Of a DNA stretch of 46,287 nt, positions 1 through 8,930 are shown in pieces (position 1 is the stretch's first letter; each line of letters begins with the position of its first letter). The translations under genes and the position numbers were made by a program. The DNA is from Bdellovibrio sp. (GTDB lineage: Bacteria; Bdellovibrionota; Bdellovibrionia; Bdellovibrionales; Bdellovibrionaceae), in the NCBI GenBank assembly GCA_046318155.1, contig JBKCUU010000108.1:1-46287 (forward strand), in the 5' to 3' direction. The notes under the pieces are model-generated. The model had not been told where the DNA came from. It saw only the letters and a program-made list of their open reading frames with translations, and searched no databases.

Positions 1-160
1 GGGTATGATTGAATTGCTTTCTTGATACTACTTTCATCAATCGTCCCCACCCCATTGCTTCTCAAACTTTTCAAAATAAGACTTAGTAATCATGTTTGCT
101 TCCCTCCAGGCTTCGCCTGCTTCGGCGGGGGAAAGAAAAAGTAGCATCTTCGAACGAAAA

Positions 161-237
161 TGGTGGGGCCGACAGGATTCGAACCTGTGACCACTTGATT
201 CGAAGTCAAGTACTCTATCCAGCTGAGCTACGGCCCC
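161..237 (-). tRNA. tRNA-Arg (anticodon TCG)
   Basis: Minus strand reads GGGGCCGTAGCTCAGCTGGATAGAGTACTTGACTTCGAATCAAGTGGTCACAGGTTCGAATCCTGTCGGCCCCACCA: 7-bp acceptor stem, D arm, anticodon stem CTTGA/TCAAG with loop CT-TCG-AA, T-loop GTTCGAATC, encoded CCA. Confidence 0.96.
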
Positions 238-263
238 ACAAAAAAGGATCAGATCGAAGGATC

Positions 264-292
264 AACCTAGAATTCTTTGGGGTGAAAATCAA
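264..292 (-). promoter_or_regulatory. putative sigma70 promoter of the tRNA
   Basis: TTGATT-N17-TAGGTT on the minus strand, ending about 26 nt upstream of the mature tRNA 5' end. Confidence 0.5.
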
Positions 293-307
293 GCGGATGC
301 GCCCTGC

Positions 308-943
308 CTACTCTTTGAGCACGAGCGTGTTCTTGAGTTCATCCTGATTATTTTGCCCTGCCGGGAAGTGCACCTGCAGAACATCGCCAAAAGACTTTAT
401 AGCTTGCGTCAAGCCGAGGGCGAGCTGCCGTTCACGCAAGGAGCGGGTCAGATTCTCGACCGCTTCATCCCACATCTGAGGTTTGAGCTTTTTGGCAATG
501 CCCTCATCGGCGAGGACCACAACCTTATGCTCAAACATTGAGACAAAAATCAAAATCCCCGAGCGGTCTTTGGTTTTCTGAATTCCCAATCGATAAAATT
601 CGAGCTCGGCGCGTTCATGCACGCACTTCCACTCATCAGAATCGGGAATAAAAAGCTCCAAAAGAACACGCGACCGAGTCGCCAACACACCCAAAACAAG
701 GCCCACCACTTGAACAAGGCCCAGCGTCCACCAGCCCCACTCTTGGAAAAATGCCAAATCAATGATGGCTGTGACCGCCACAAAAGCGACGACGCAAGCC
801 AAGCGGGCTCCGCGCAAAGGCGTTGAGTTTCGAACGACAATCGGAACAATCTCGCTATGAGTTTTAAGTTCGACCTCTTGAACGACCTTTTCGACCTGCT
901 GAAACTCAGACTCGCTCAAATTCGAGCGAAGCCAAGGAGGCAC
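308..943 (-). CDS. TPM domain membrane protein
   Basis: Motifs ELKTHSEIVP, TKDRSGILIFVSMFEHKVVVLADEGI and NQDELKN, with two TM helices. Start placed at GTG 943 because the longer ORF overlaps the Gly-rich tail of the upstream gene. Confidence 0.85.
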   Translation of the reverse strand: MPPWLRSNLSESEFQQVEKVVQEVELKTHSEIVPIVVRNSTPLRGARLACVVAFVAVTAIIDLAFFQEWGWWTLGLVQVVGLVLGVLATRSRVLLELFIPDSDEWKCVHERAELEFYRLGIQKTKDRSGILIFVSMFEHKVVVLADEGIAKKLKPQMWDEAVENLTRSLRERQLALGLTQAIKSFGDVLQVHFPAGQNNQDELKNTLVLKE

Positions 944-962
944 CTGCGATTTTACTTGTGTG

Positions 963-1679
963 TTACCAGCTTCCACTGGAACCTCCTCCGCTAAATCCCC
1001 CGCCGCCGCCAGACCAGCCGCCGCCCGACGAACCGCCACCGAATCCACCGAAACCTCCGCCAGCACCGAAGCCGCCAAGACCTGCGCCAAAGCCGCGCCG
1101 CCCGCCAAAGCCACGGCCACCACCGCCGCCACCAAACAGAATTTGTTTTAAGAACAGCAGAACACCAATAATGATGATCCAGAACAGACCCGACTTTTTC
1201 TTTTCTCGGGGCAGAGGCGCCGGCGCTGCTTCACCGATAGCCCGAGCATCCGTTCGGCGCAAAATTTCGATCACGCCGGCCGTAATGCCTTCATTAAAAA
1301 GTCCTTCACGAAAATAAGGTGCAACGACATCCGAAATAATTCTCTTCGCAATCACGTCAGGCAAATCACCTTCGAGACCTTGGCCAACTTCGATTCGCAT
1401 CTTTTTCTCGGTCGGAACGATTAAGAACAAAACGCCATTGTCTTTCTTGGCCGTTCCGAGCTTCCACTGATCGACAATTTTAATCGAGGCCTGCTCGATC
1501 TCTTCGCCTTGCAGGGAAGTCAGCGTCAAAACTTGCAACTGAACCGCGTCGCGCTCGTTGATTTTGCGCAAGAGGGACGACAGTTTTTGAACCGTATCAG
1601 GATTGAGCACGCCGGCTTGATCCATCACCGGCCCTGTGAGAGCCGGTGTTTCAAGCGCGTGGGCCTGAGCTCCGAACAA
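963..1679 (-). CDS. TPM domain protein (YgcG family) with Gly-rich C-terminal tail
   Basis: VMDQAGVL, WKLGTAKKDNGVLFLI, RIEVGQGLEGDLPD, one TM helix and a GGGGGFSGGGSSGSW end. The true start may lie slightly upstream, near the lemA stop. Confidence 0.9.
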   Translation of the reverse strand: MFGAQAHALETPALTGPVMDQAGVLNPDTVQKLSSLLRKINERDAVQLQVLTLTSLQGEEIEQASIKIVDQWKLGTAKKDNGVLFLIVPTEKKMRIEVGQGLEGDLPDVIAKRIISDVVAPYFREGLFNEGITAGVIEILRRTDARAIGEAAPAPLPREKKKSGLFWIIIIGVLLFLKQILFGGGGGGRGFGGRRGFGAGLGGFGAGGGFGGFGGGSSGGGWSGGGGGFSGGGSSGSW

Positions 1680-1729
1680 GAGCCAGACGCTGCAGACCGA
1701 ACTTAAGAGTAGAGGACGGAATGAAGAGA

Positions 1730-2371
1730 TCAGAACTTCACCTCTGGTGGCTTCTCGATTTTTTCTTTTTCATCAGCCGCGACATCCCACTGGGCCATCT
1801 TCGGATGTTGGTAAAAAATCGAGTTCGTCCAGCTTGTCGGCGGAACAGTCACCAGATTGTTAAAGCCCTTGATCGTCTCGATCAGGCGCTGACGCGCGAT
1901 CGTGATGCGGTTCTCGGTGCCCTCAAGCTGAGCTTGAAGATCACGAAACTGCGTGTCGGCTTTGAGGTTGGGATAATTCTCGGTCACCATCAATAAGCGG
2001 CCCAAAGCTTGCGATAAAGCTCCTTGCGCGCGCTGAAATTCGGCCAATTTCTCGGCGCTCATTTGATTGGGATCAATGGTCACTTGAGTCGCTTTTGCAC
2101 GGGCTTCAACCACGGCTTGCAAAGTGTCTTTCTCGTGCGAAGCATAGCCTTTAACAGTGCTCACCAAATTTGGAACGAGATCCGATCGACGCTTGTATTG
2201 ATTGGTCACTTCGGCCAAGGCCGCGTCGACTTCATTCTTCGCTGTTGGGATCGATTGAACGCCGCAGCCCATAAGTCCCGCCGACAACGCCAGCACAACC
2301 AGAGCCTGAATCATCGTTTTCGTCTTCACTTTATACTTCATATCAAATTTCATATCTTGTTTTGTCTCCAC
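1730..2371 (-). CDS. lemA: LemA family protein
   Basis: QYKRRSDLVPNLV, ENYPNLKAD, QLEGTENRI motifs and a lipobox-like LMGC. Start uncertain (several Met codons). Confidence 0.92.
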   Translation of the reverse strand: METKQDMKFDMKYKVKTKTMIQALVVLALSAGLMGCGVQSIPTAKNEVDAALAEVTNQYKRRSDLVPNLVSTVKGYASHEKDTLQAVVEARAKATQVTIDPNQMSAEKLAEFQRAQGALSQALGRLLMVTENYPNLKADTQFRDLQAQLEGTENRITIARQRLIETIKGFNNLVTVPPTSWTNSIFYQHPKMAQWDVAADEKEKIEKPPEVKF

Positions 2372-2511
2372 TGGTGAGCATCCGATTGGATGTGTATTGA
2401 AGTGGAGCCTCCAAAGAACACAATGAGGACTCGCGGCCCACTTGGCAAGTGTTGATGGGGCATGAAGAGCTGTGTTAGCTTGGATTCAGTGGATTCACTA
2501 TCGGAGTTGCC

Positions 2512-4047
2512 TTGAAGCTTCAGTTTCAAACGGGTCAAGACATCATTTTTATCGATAAACCTGCGGGCTTGCCGACTCATGCTCCCGATGTCGGACGCCC
2601 AGGGCTTGTCGAAATTCTTGAACGGCGTTTGGGTCAAAAACTTTGGGTTGTGCACCGTTTGGATAAAAGCACCACCGGCGCCATGCTCTTTGCCACTTCC
2701 GGCGCACGGGCCGAAGAATTGCGGCAGGCGTTTGAAAAACACCAGATCAGCAAGACCTATTGGTTTGTCACCGACAAATCCTCAACCACAGACGAGTTCG
2801 AGCGCGAAAGCTTGATCGAAAAAGTCGGCAGTTCGTCGTTTCAGTCGACAACCAGCCCATTGCCCAATGCGAAAACGCGTTTTAAACGCCTCAAGCGTTC
2901 GCCGTTTTTTGAACTCTGGGAGGCGCGCCCGCTCTCGGGAAAACCGCACCAAGTGCGCTTGCATGCGGCCGATATCGGTCTGCCGATCTTAGGTGATCTG
3001 AACTACGGTGGGAGCTCCTTTCCCCACCTTTGCCTGCACTCGAACTCGATCGAGCTACCTGGAGAACCGATTTGGACCTGCCCCGCGCCGCGCTTTTTTG
3101 AACGCCTTGGCCTCGCGAAAGACAAAGAACTGACCCGCCTTTTGTCCTCGATCGACCGTCGCCAGCGGCTCTTTCATTTTTTGAAAAACTCCGAAGAAAC
3201 TCTGCGTCTGGTGCACAACGAGAATGCCGATTTTCGATTGGATCTCTTAGGTCCCGTTCTTTGGTGTCACTGGTATAAAGACGAGAGCCCGCGCGAAGAA
3301 GACTTGGAACGTTGGGACTTTATCCAAACTCTGTTGAAACGCCCCCTGGTCATACAAAAGCGCGACGACCGCGGCAAAGATCCCAACTCGCAAAAGCAGT
3401 GGCTCTTGGGTGAGGTCCCCGACACTTGGACCGCTCTCGAGAACGGACGAAAAGCCGAGTTCCGAAAAGTTCAAGGCCTGTCTGCAGGATTATTTTTGGA
3501 TCAACGACTCAACCGCGACCGCGTTCAAGAGCTGTCGCGCAAAAAGACGGTGCTCAACCTTTTTTCTTACACCAGTTTATTTTCGGTGGCAGCGGCCCAA
3601 GGCGGAGCCACAAAAGTGACGACGGTGGATCTTTCAAAAAACTTTCTTGAATGGAGCCGGCGTAACTTTACGCTCAATCCTGGCGCCCTCGCTACCGAGA
3701 CCGAATGGAGCGCAGCTGATTCCTTTCTGTTTTTAAGAGGTGCCATCAAGCGCGAGCGAAAATGGGATCTGGTGATTTGCGATCCTCCTAGCTTCTCGCG
3801 CGGTGAAAAAGGTGTCTTTCGTCTTAAAGATGATCTCGAAGACTTGATCGGGCTTTGCCTGCAAACCGTTGCACCGGGCGGAACTTTGCTCTTTAGCTGT
3901 AATTTGGAGTCGATGGATTCAGATGAAATCCAAGCCCGCCTGCATCGTTGCGCGCCACAGGCCTGCATCACCAAGGGCGAGCAAGATCTCGATTTTGAAC
4001 TTCCTGGAGAAGAACCGGCGCTGAAGTCCTTTTGGATTCAAACTTAG
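2512..4047 (+). CDS. RluA-family pseudouridine synthase fused to RlmI/RlmK-type class I SAM methyltransferase
   Basis: N-terminal IDKPAGLPTH, VHRLDKSTTG, GKPHQVRLH, PILGDLNYG; C-terminal GLFLDQR, VLNLFSYT, VDLS, DLVICDPPSF. GGAG Shine-Dalgarno before the TTG start. Confidence 0.88.
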   Translation: MKLQFQTGQDIIFIDKPAGLPTHAPDVGRPGLVEILERRLGQKLWVVHRLDKSTTGAMLFATSGARAEELRQAFEKHQISKTYWFVTDKSSTTDEFERESLIEKVGSSSFQSTTSPLPNAKTRFKRLKRSPFFELWEARPLSGKPHQVRLHAADIGLPILGDLNYGGSSFPHLCLHSNSIELPGEPIWTCPAPRFFERLGLAKDKELTRLLSSIDRRQRLFHFLKNSEETLRLVHNENADFRLDLLGPVLWCHWYKDESPREEDLERWDFIQTLLKRPLVIQKRDDRGKDPNSQKQWLLGEVPDTWTALENGRKAEFRKVQGLSAGLFLDQRLNRDRVQELSRKKTVLNLFSYTSLFSVAAAQGGATKVTTVDLSKNFLEWSRRNFTLNPGALATETEWSAADSFLFLRGAIKRERKWDLVICDPPSFSRGEKGVFRLKDDLEDLIGLCLQTVAPGGTLLFSCNLESMDSDEIQARLHRCAPQACITKGEQDLDFELPGEEPALKSFWIQT

Positions 4048-4051
4048 TCTC

Positions 4052-4084
4052 AAAAAAAACGGCTGCACCCGTTTCCGAGTCCAG
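4052..4084 (-). terminator. putative intrinsic terminator after queF
   Basis: Minus strand CTGGACTCG-GAAA-CGGGTGCAG hairpin followed by CCG and a T8 run, between convergent genes. Confidence 0.55.
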
Positions 4085-4125
4085 TTTCCTAAAGGTGAAT
4101 GTTAACGCTGACAGCGCTCCCTGCT

Positions 4126-4641
4126 TTAGTACAGCTTGCTGAGCTCCATCGAGTACTTGCCGGGGGCGTAGCCCACCAGACGCTGCGTCCGCAAATACTG
4201 AAAGGTTTCTTCCTTTGCCGAGTACGAGGCATACGGATAAATGGCGATCCCCCCACGAGGCGTAAACTCCCCGATCACTTCGATATACTTAGGCTTCATC
4301 AAGGCGACGAGGTCATCACAAATTGTCTGGATGCAATCCTCGTGAAAGTCCCCGTGATTGCGAAAGCTAAACAGATAAAGCTTGAGCGATTTGGATTCGA
4401 CCATTTTTTTATCGGCAATATAGTTAATAAAAACTTTGGCAAAATCAGGCTGACCTGTTTTGGGGCAGAGTGAGGTGAACTCGGTGCAGACAAACGTCGT
4501 CCAGGCGATCTTGCCGGGGTTCTTATTCTCAAACGCCTCGAGGGTTTCAGGTGAATACGTCGAAGGGTAATCGGTTTTTGATTCACCCAAAGCAAAGTTC
4601 TGGAGTTCTTTGGGACTGCGACCCATTTTCTTTTTTGCCAT
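4126..4641 (-). CDS. queF: 7-cyano-7-deazaguanine reductase (preQ1 synthase, type I)
   Basis: EFTSLCPKTGQPDFA, QueF motif VESKSLKLYL, FHEDC, FTPRGGI. Confidence 0.95.
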   Translation of the reverse strand: MAKKKMGRSPKELQNFALGESKTDYPSTYSPETLEAFENKNPGKIAWTTFVCTEFTSLCPKTGQPDFAKVFINYIADKKMVESKSLKLYLFSFRNHGDFHEDCIQTICDDLVALMKPKYIEVIGEFTPRGGIAIYPYASYSAKEETFQYLRTQRLVGYAPGKYSMELSKLY

Positions 4642-4666
4642 CTACTTCACCTTCCTCATGACTTAT

Positions 4667-5386
4667 TCAGTCTTTAATCACGCCGCGAGACTTGAGTTCG
4701 CGAAGCGTCTGTTCGGCCGAGTCCTGCGTGCGCATGTAGTACATCGCCGTCAAAATCTGTTGCTGTTCTTCAGTTAAATCACCGTGGCGGCCCCTGCGCC
4801 GTTCGCGGTCTTTCATGATGTGCCATAGCGACAAAGCGCCTGCCACCGAAATATTATACGATTGCACAAAGCCTCGCATCGGGAGAACGACGCAGGCATC
4901 AGCCGCTGCAACCATCTCGGGACTGACGCCCATTTTTTCATTTCCCAAAACAAGGGCCGAGCCTTGAGTAAAATCAAACTCATCAATCGGCACAGACGTG
5001 GGCGCGAGGTGCGTGACAACAATTTTTTTACCTTGGCGCTTGAGCTCGTCGATGCAAGCCTTGGTCGACTTCCAACGTTTGATCTCGACCCACTTATCGG
5101 CTCCAGCCGTCGTTCGCTGCGACTCTTTGATTTTTTCACCCAGTTCGATCATGTGAACTTGGCCAAAACCCATCGCCTCGGCACTACGAAAGACAGCGCT
5201 CGCGTTTCCGCGATCATAAACATCTTCCAACACCACCACGGGGGTAAAAGTTCTGCGTTTCACGACGTGTTCGATCTTTTGCCGGCGCTCGGGTGTCAAG
5301 AGAGGTCCGACATGTTCGATCACATCGGCCGCCCAAACTTCGAGGGGTGGATTCTGAAAGGTCAGGCGCTTTTCAAAAGGAAACAT
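4667..5386 (-). CDS. trmH: TrmH/SpoU-family tRNA (Gm18) methyltransferase
   Basis: VVLEDVYDRGNASAVFRSAEAMG, GADKWV, LVLGNEKMGVS, PMRGFVQSYNISVA (SPOUT motifs). Confidence 0.85.
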   Translation of the reverse strand: MFPFEKRLTFQNPPLEVWAADVIEHVGPLLTPERRQKIEHVVKRRTFTPVVVLEDVYDRGNASAVFRSAEAMGFGQVHMIELGEKIKESQRTTAGADKWVEIKRWKSTKACIDELKRQGKKIVVTHLAPTSVPIDEFDFTQGSALVLGNEKMGVSPEMVAAADACVVLPMRGFVQSYNISVAGALSLWHIMKDRERRRGRHGDLTEEQQQILTAMYYMRTQDSAEQTLRELKSRGVIKD

Positions 5387-5398
5387 CTTCGTAAATGC

Positions 5399-6607
5399 TT
5401 ACTTCAAGATCAAACTGGGATTTTTTGCCAGATCACGCGTGATATTTTTTTGGTGCGCCTCTAAAGTACCGCCGCCGATTTCGAGCAGCTTCGCATCACG
5501 CCACAAACGTTCAACGACGTACTCATTGACATAGCCGTAGCCGCCCAAAACCTGCATCGCATTGTCCGCCACTTTCTTTCCCATGCTTGTTGCGACGAGT
5601 TTGACGCCATCAGAGTCGACCCGGTTGCCTTCTTTATTCAGATCCAAGCGGCGAGCCGTTTCGTAAACGTAGGCTTTGCAGGCTTTATACTCAGCGTAGC
5701 TTTCGGCGATGTATTTTTGAATTTGACCAAACTCACGCAAGGGTTTGCCGAATGCTTCGCGCTCACTCGCGTAGCGATTCATGACTTCGATCGATCGGCG
5801 CGCAAGACCTAAACTCATCGCGGCCAAAGTCACGCGTTCGATCTCGAGGTTTCGCATCATATGCAACATCGAATCACCTTCATGACCAATCAGGTGGCTT
5901 GCCGGAACCTTGCAATTGTCAAAAACGATTTCGGCGGTGTTGGAGCCGCGCATCCCTGTTTTGCCATGAATCTTTTGACCCACGCTATAACCGGCCATGC
6001 CTTTTTCAACCAAGAAGGTCGACACCTGGGCTCGGCCGTTCTTTTCACCGGTCTTGGCATAAACCAAAAGGCAGTCTGCAGGCGTGCCCTTCTCATCGAT
6101 GCAACCATTCGTGATCCACATCTTGCGGCCGTTCATGATATAAAAATCGCCTTCACGTTTGGCCGTCGTTTCCATCGCCATGACGTCTGTGCCGACAGCG
6201 GGCTCACTCATTGCCATGCCGCCAATCCACTCGCCCGTGCACATTTTAGGCAAAAACTTTTGCTTCAGGTCCTCAGAAGCGTTCACGGCAAAGTTGTTTA
6301 CAAGCAGCATCGAGTGCGCCAAGTAAGCGAGACAAAAACCAGGATCACTGGCCGAGAGCTCTTCGTGCACAATCACGGCCGAAACTGCATCTTGACCGGC
6401 GCCGCCATATTGCTCAGGCACCGTGATGCCTAACAGTCCGAGCTCACCCAATTTGCGAAAGAGGGGCGCGTTGAATTGCTCTTTGCGGTCGAACTCAAGC
6501 GCCTGGGGATCGACTTCTTCTTTGGTAAAAGCCGCTACCGTTTCGCGGATCATGGCGTGCTCTTGCGTGGGGTTGTAAAGATCCATTTCGCGCCAAGCAG
6601 AATTCAT
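5399..6607 (-). CDS. acyl-CoA dehydrogenase (isovaleryl-CoA dehydrogenase-like)
   Basis: AMSEPAVGTD, NGRKMWITNG, GMRGSNTAE, QVLGGYGY, RDAKLLEIGGGT. ATG 6607 follows an AGGAG SD. Confidence 0.9.
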   Translation of the reverse strand: MNSAWREMDLYNPTQEHAMIRETVAAFTKEEVDPQALEFDRKEQFNAPLFRKLGELGLLGITVPEQYGGAGQDAVSAVIVHEELSASDPGFCLAYLAHSMLLVNNFAVNASEDLKQKFLPKMCTGEWIGGMAMSEPAVGTDVMAMETTAKREGDFYIMNGRKMWITNGCIDEKGTPADCLLVYAKTGEKNGRAQVSTFLVEKGMAGYSVGQKIHGKTGMRGSNTAEIVFDNCKVPASHLIGHEGDSMLHMMRNLEIERVTLAAMSLGLARRSIEVMNRYASEREAFGKPLREFGQIQKYIAESYAEYKACKAYVYETARRLDLNKEGNRVDSDGVKLVATSMGKKVADNAMQVLGGYGYVNEYVVERLWRDAKLLEIGGGTLEAHQKNITRDLAKNPSLILK

Positions 6608-6719
6608 AAAAATCTCCTGAGAAACAACAAGGTGAGGTCTTTTAAAATGCTTATTTTTCGTGCGCCCCAATGTGCCCCGCAGGCTTGCGAAAGTCAAAAA
6701 CTAAGGGCATGGTAGCCTG

Positions 6720-7862
6720 ATGACGCCAAAACCCACCTCTCACGATCGAATCAGTGTGCTTGGGATCGGCACCGAGCTGACCTCCGGCCAAATTTTGAAT
6801 CGCAATGCTTCGTGGATCTCGGCCAAACTCGCCCAGATGGGCGTTCAGACCGCCGGTCACTGGGTGGTGCCTGATGACCGTGAATTGATTCGTGAAGCGC
6901 TCGAAATCTCGGCCCGCTCGTCAGACCTGATTTTTGTCACAGGCGGCTTGGGACCCACGACTGACGACTTCACACGCGAGATGATTGCCGAGTGGACAGC
7001 GCAGCCTTTGGAGTGGGATGAAGCGACGTGGTCACACATTCGAGAGCGACTCGAGTCGCGTGGCATTCCAGCCCGTGAGTCACAAAAACAGCAGTGTTAT
7101 TACCCACACGGTTCGGTCATTCTTAAAAACAATCTAGGAACAGCGCATGGCTTTTACCTTCAAGCGCGAGGCAAAACACTGGTTGTTTTGCCCGGACCTC
7201 CCAAAGAGATCGAAGCGATTTGGAATGATCATTTAGCCGCTTGGCTCCCCTCGCAATTTGCGGGTTTAGATCCTTGGATCACGCGTTCTTGGGACACCAT
7301 TGGTTTACCCGAAAGCACCGTGGCCGAAATGACCGAGCCCGCACTGGCAGGCGGCGGCGGGTCTGGGCTTGAGATTGGTTACCGCGTCCATCTCCCTTAT
7401 GTTGAAGTTAAAGTTTCACACCGTCAGAGTCAGGCCAAAGCGGCGGCTCCTTTCATCGCCAAACTTGATGAGGCCTTATTCTCAGTCACGGCCCTTCGCG
7501 ACGGACATCAAAGTGCGCAGTTACTGGCTGCTCAGCTCACCCGATTTTCACGCATCCAAGTTCAAGACGCGGTCTCGGGTGAGTATTTGGTCACGCGGCT
7601 CTTGCCAGCCGCAACTTCTGTTGTTCGACAACAAAAGTTTTCATTTCGCACCGAGATTGATGACGTTGATGATTTCGAAACTTTGGTGCTGACCTTGTCG
7701 CCAGACACCCCCCGCGAGGCCATCGCTTCGCTGAGTTGGCGCGGAGTCAAGCGACGAGAGCTGCTCAGTTCGCCCTTTGTTGCGGCCCTGGCCGACCGCG
7801 AGCGCTCGTATTTTGCCGAGCTCTCGATGCTTTTTTGGGCACGCGAACTGTCAGCCCTATGA
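6720..7862 (+). CDS. cinA: CinA-family competence/damage-inducible protein, degenerate C-terminal domain
   Basis: IGTELTSGQILNRNA, VTGGLGPTTDDFTRE, LPGPPKE (MoCF-like domain). Confidence 0.85.
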   Translation: MTPKPTSHDRISVLGIGTELTSGQILNRNASWISAKLAQMGVQTAGHWVVPDDRELIREALEISARSSDLIFVTGGLGPTTDDFTREMIAEWTAQPLEWDEATWSHIRERLESRGIPARESQKQQCYYPHGSVILKNNLGTAHGFYLQARGKTLVVLPGPPKEIEAIWNDHLAAWLPSQFAGLDPWITRSWDTIGLPESTVAEMTEPALAGGGGSGLEIGYRVHLPYVEVKVSHRQSQAKAAAPFIAKLDEALFSVTALRDGHQSAQLLAAQLTRFSRIQVQDAVSGEYLVTRLLPAATSVVRQQKFSFRTEIDDVDDFETLVLTLSPDTPREAIASLSWRGVKRRELLSSPFVAALADRERSYFAELSMLFWARELSAL

Positions 7863-7949
7863 CGCACCGCTCTTTTTGATCAACTTTCCACCTCTGTCGC
7901 AGGGGCACTTGTGGTAGTTTGCGGGCCTTCGGAAGGGGCTCTGTTGTCG

Positions 7950-8930
7950 ATGTTTTCAATTCATGACTTAATAAAATCAGGCACATCCCAAGAGCCTCGT
8001 TTGCAGTCCGCTCTTTTTGCTCCGTTGCAGTCTTTTTTGTCCCGCCCTCACAAGTCTTTTCGCGCCAACCTTGTCGATTTGGGCTTCGAACTTTTTTCTC
8101 CCCAAGATTCGGCACCCAGCGAATGGCAAGAGGACTTTCGGCTTCGGACCAAAAAGGCGATCGAAACTTTGCATGCCGGCTCACTCATCGTTGACGACAT
8201 TCAAGATGATTCAGAACTCAGGCGCGGTTCACCTTGTCTGCACCATGAGATTGGAGTTCCCCTCGCCTTGAATGCGGGAAACTGGCTTTACTTTTTTGCT
8301 TACCAGCAAATTCTTGAAAGCCAAGCACCTCACGACATCAAACTCAAATGCCTGGCCGACACGACCGACATTTTGCTGCGCGCTCACCAAGGACAAGCGA
8401 TTGATCTCTCAACCCGCATGGGGCATGTCCCCGCGAGCGAAGTTCCGCTGGTGTGCCGGCAAAGTCTCGAGGGAAAATCCGGCGCCTTGATGGAGTTTGC
8501 TCTCGTCTTGGGCGCGCGAGTCGCTGGAGCCGATGACATCCAAGTCAAATCGGCGCGCGTCCTGGGCCGCGAACTGGGTGTTCATTTACAAATGTTTGAT
8601 GACCTCGGAAATTTAAAAGTTGAGAAGCCAACACCCAAGCATCTTGAAGATCTGATTCACCAGCGGCCCTCATTTGTCTGGTGGCTTGTGGCCGAACACT
8701 TTCCCGACAACTTAGCCGAGCTCAGTGCGGCTTCAAAAACTTTGCCGTGCACGCTGGCGTTGAAGCAATTTTTAAGCGAAACGCCAGTTTTAGAACAAGG
8801 GCGACAGCAAGCTTTAAAACATCAACAAGAACTTTTTAACTGGTGGAGGAGCGAGCGAGTCCCGCACTCGCCTGCCGCCTTTGAAAAAATCAGAGAACTT
8901 TCTGAGAGGATCGCAAGTGCCTACTTCTAA
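7950..8930 (+). CDS. crtE: polyprenyl (GGPP) synthase
   Basis: LHAGSLIVDDIQD..RRG, GQAID, GKSGAL, QMFDDLGN; directly upstream of crtI-crtB. SD-like GGAAGGGG precedes ATG 7950. Confidence 0.8.
   Translation: MFSIHDLIKSGTSQEPRLQSALFAPLQSFLSRPHKSFRANLVDLGFELFSPQDSAPSEWQEDFRLRTKKAIETLHAGSLIVDDIQDDSELRRGSPCLHHEIGVPLALNAGNWLYFFAYQQILESQAPHDIKLKCLADTTDILLRAHQGQAIDLSTRMGHVPASEVPLVCRQSLEGKSGALMEFALVLGARVAGADDIQVKSARVLGRELGVHLQMFDDLGNLKVEKPTPKHLEDLIHQRPSFVWWLVAEHFPDNLAELSAASKTLPCTLALKQFLSETPVLEQGRQQALKHQQELFNWWRSERVPHSPAAFEKIRELSERIASAYF

Noticed and set aside
96..347. 83-aa ORF
   Set aside because: Antisense to the tRNA; no coding features.
958..1317. Pro-rich plus-strand ORF and the Ala/Val-rich N-terminal extension of ORF 308..1135
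   Set aside because: Both are shadow frames of the Gly-rich TPM tail (GGC repeats).
4642..4666. preQ1 riboswitch before queF
   Set aside because: The gap is only 25 bp and contains just the SD; no aptamer motif.
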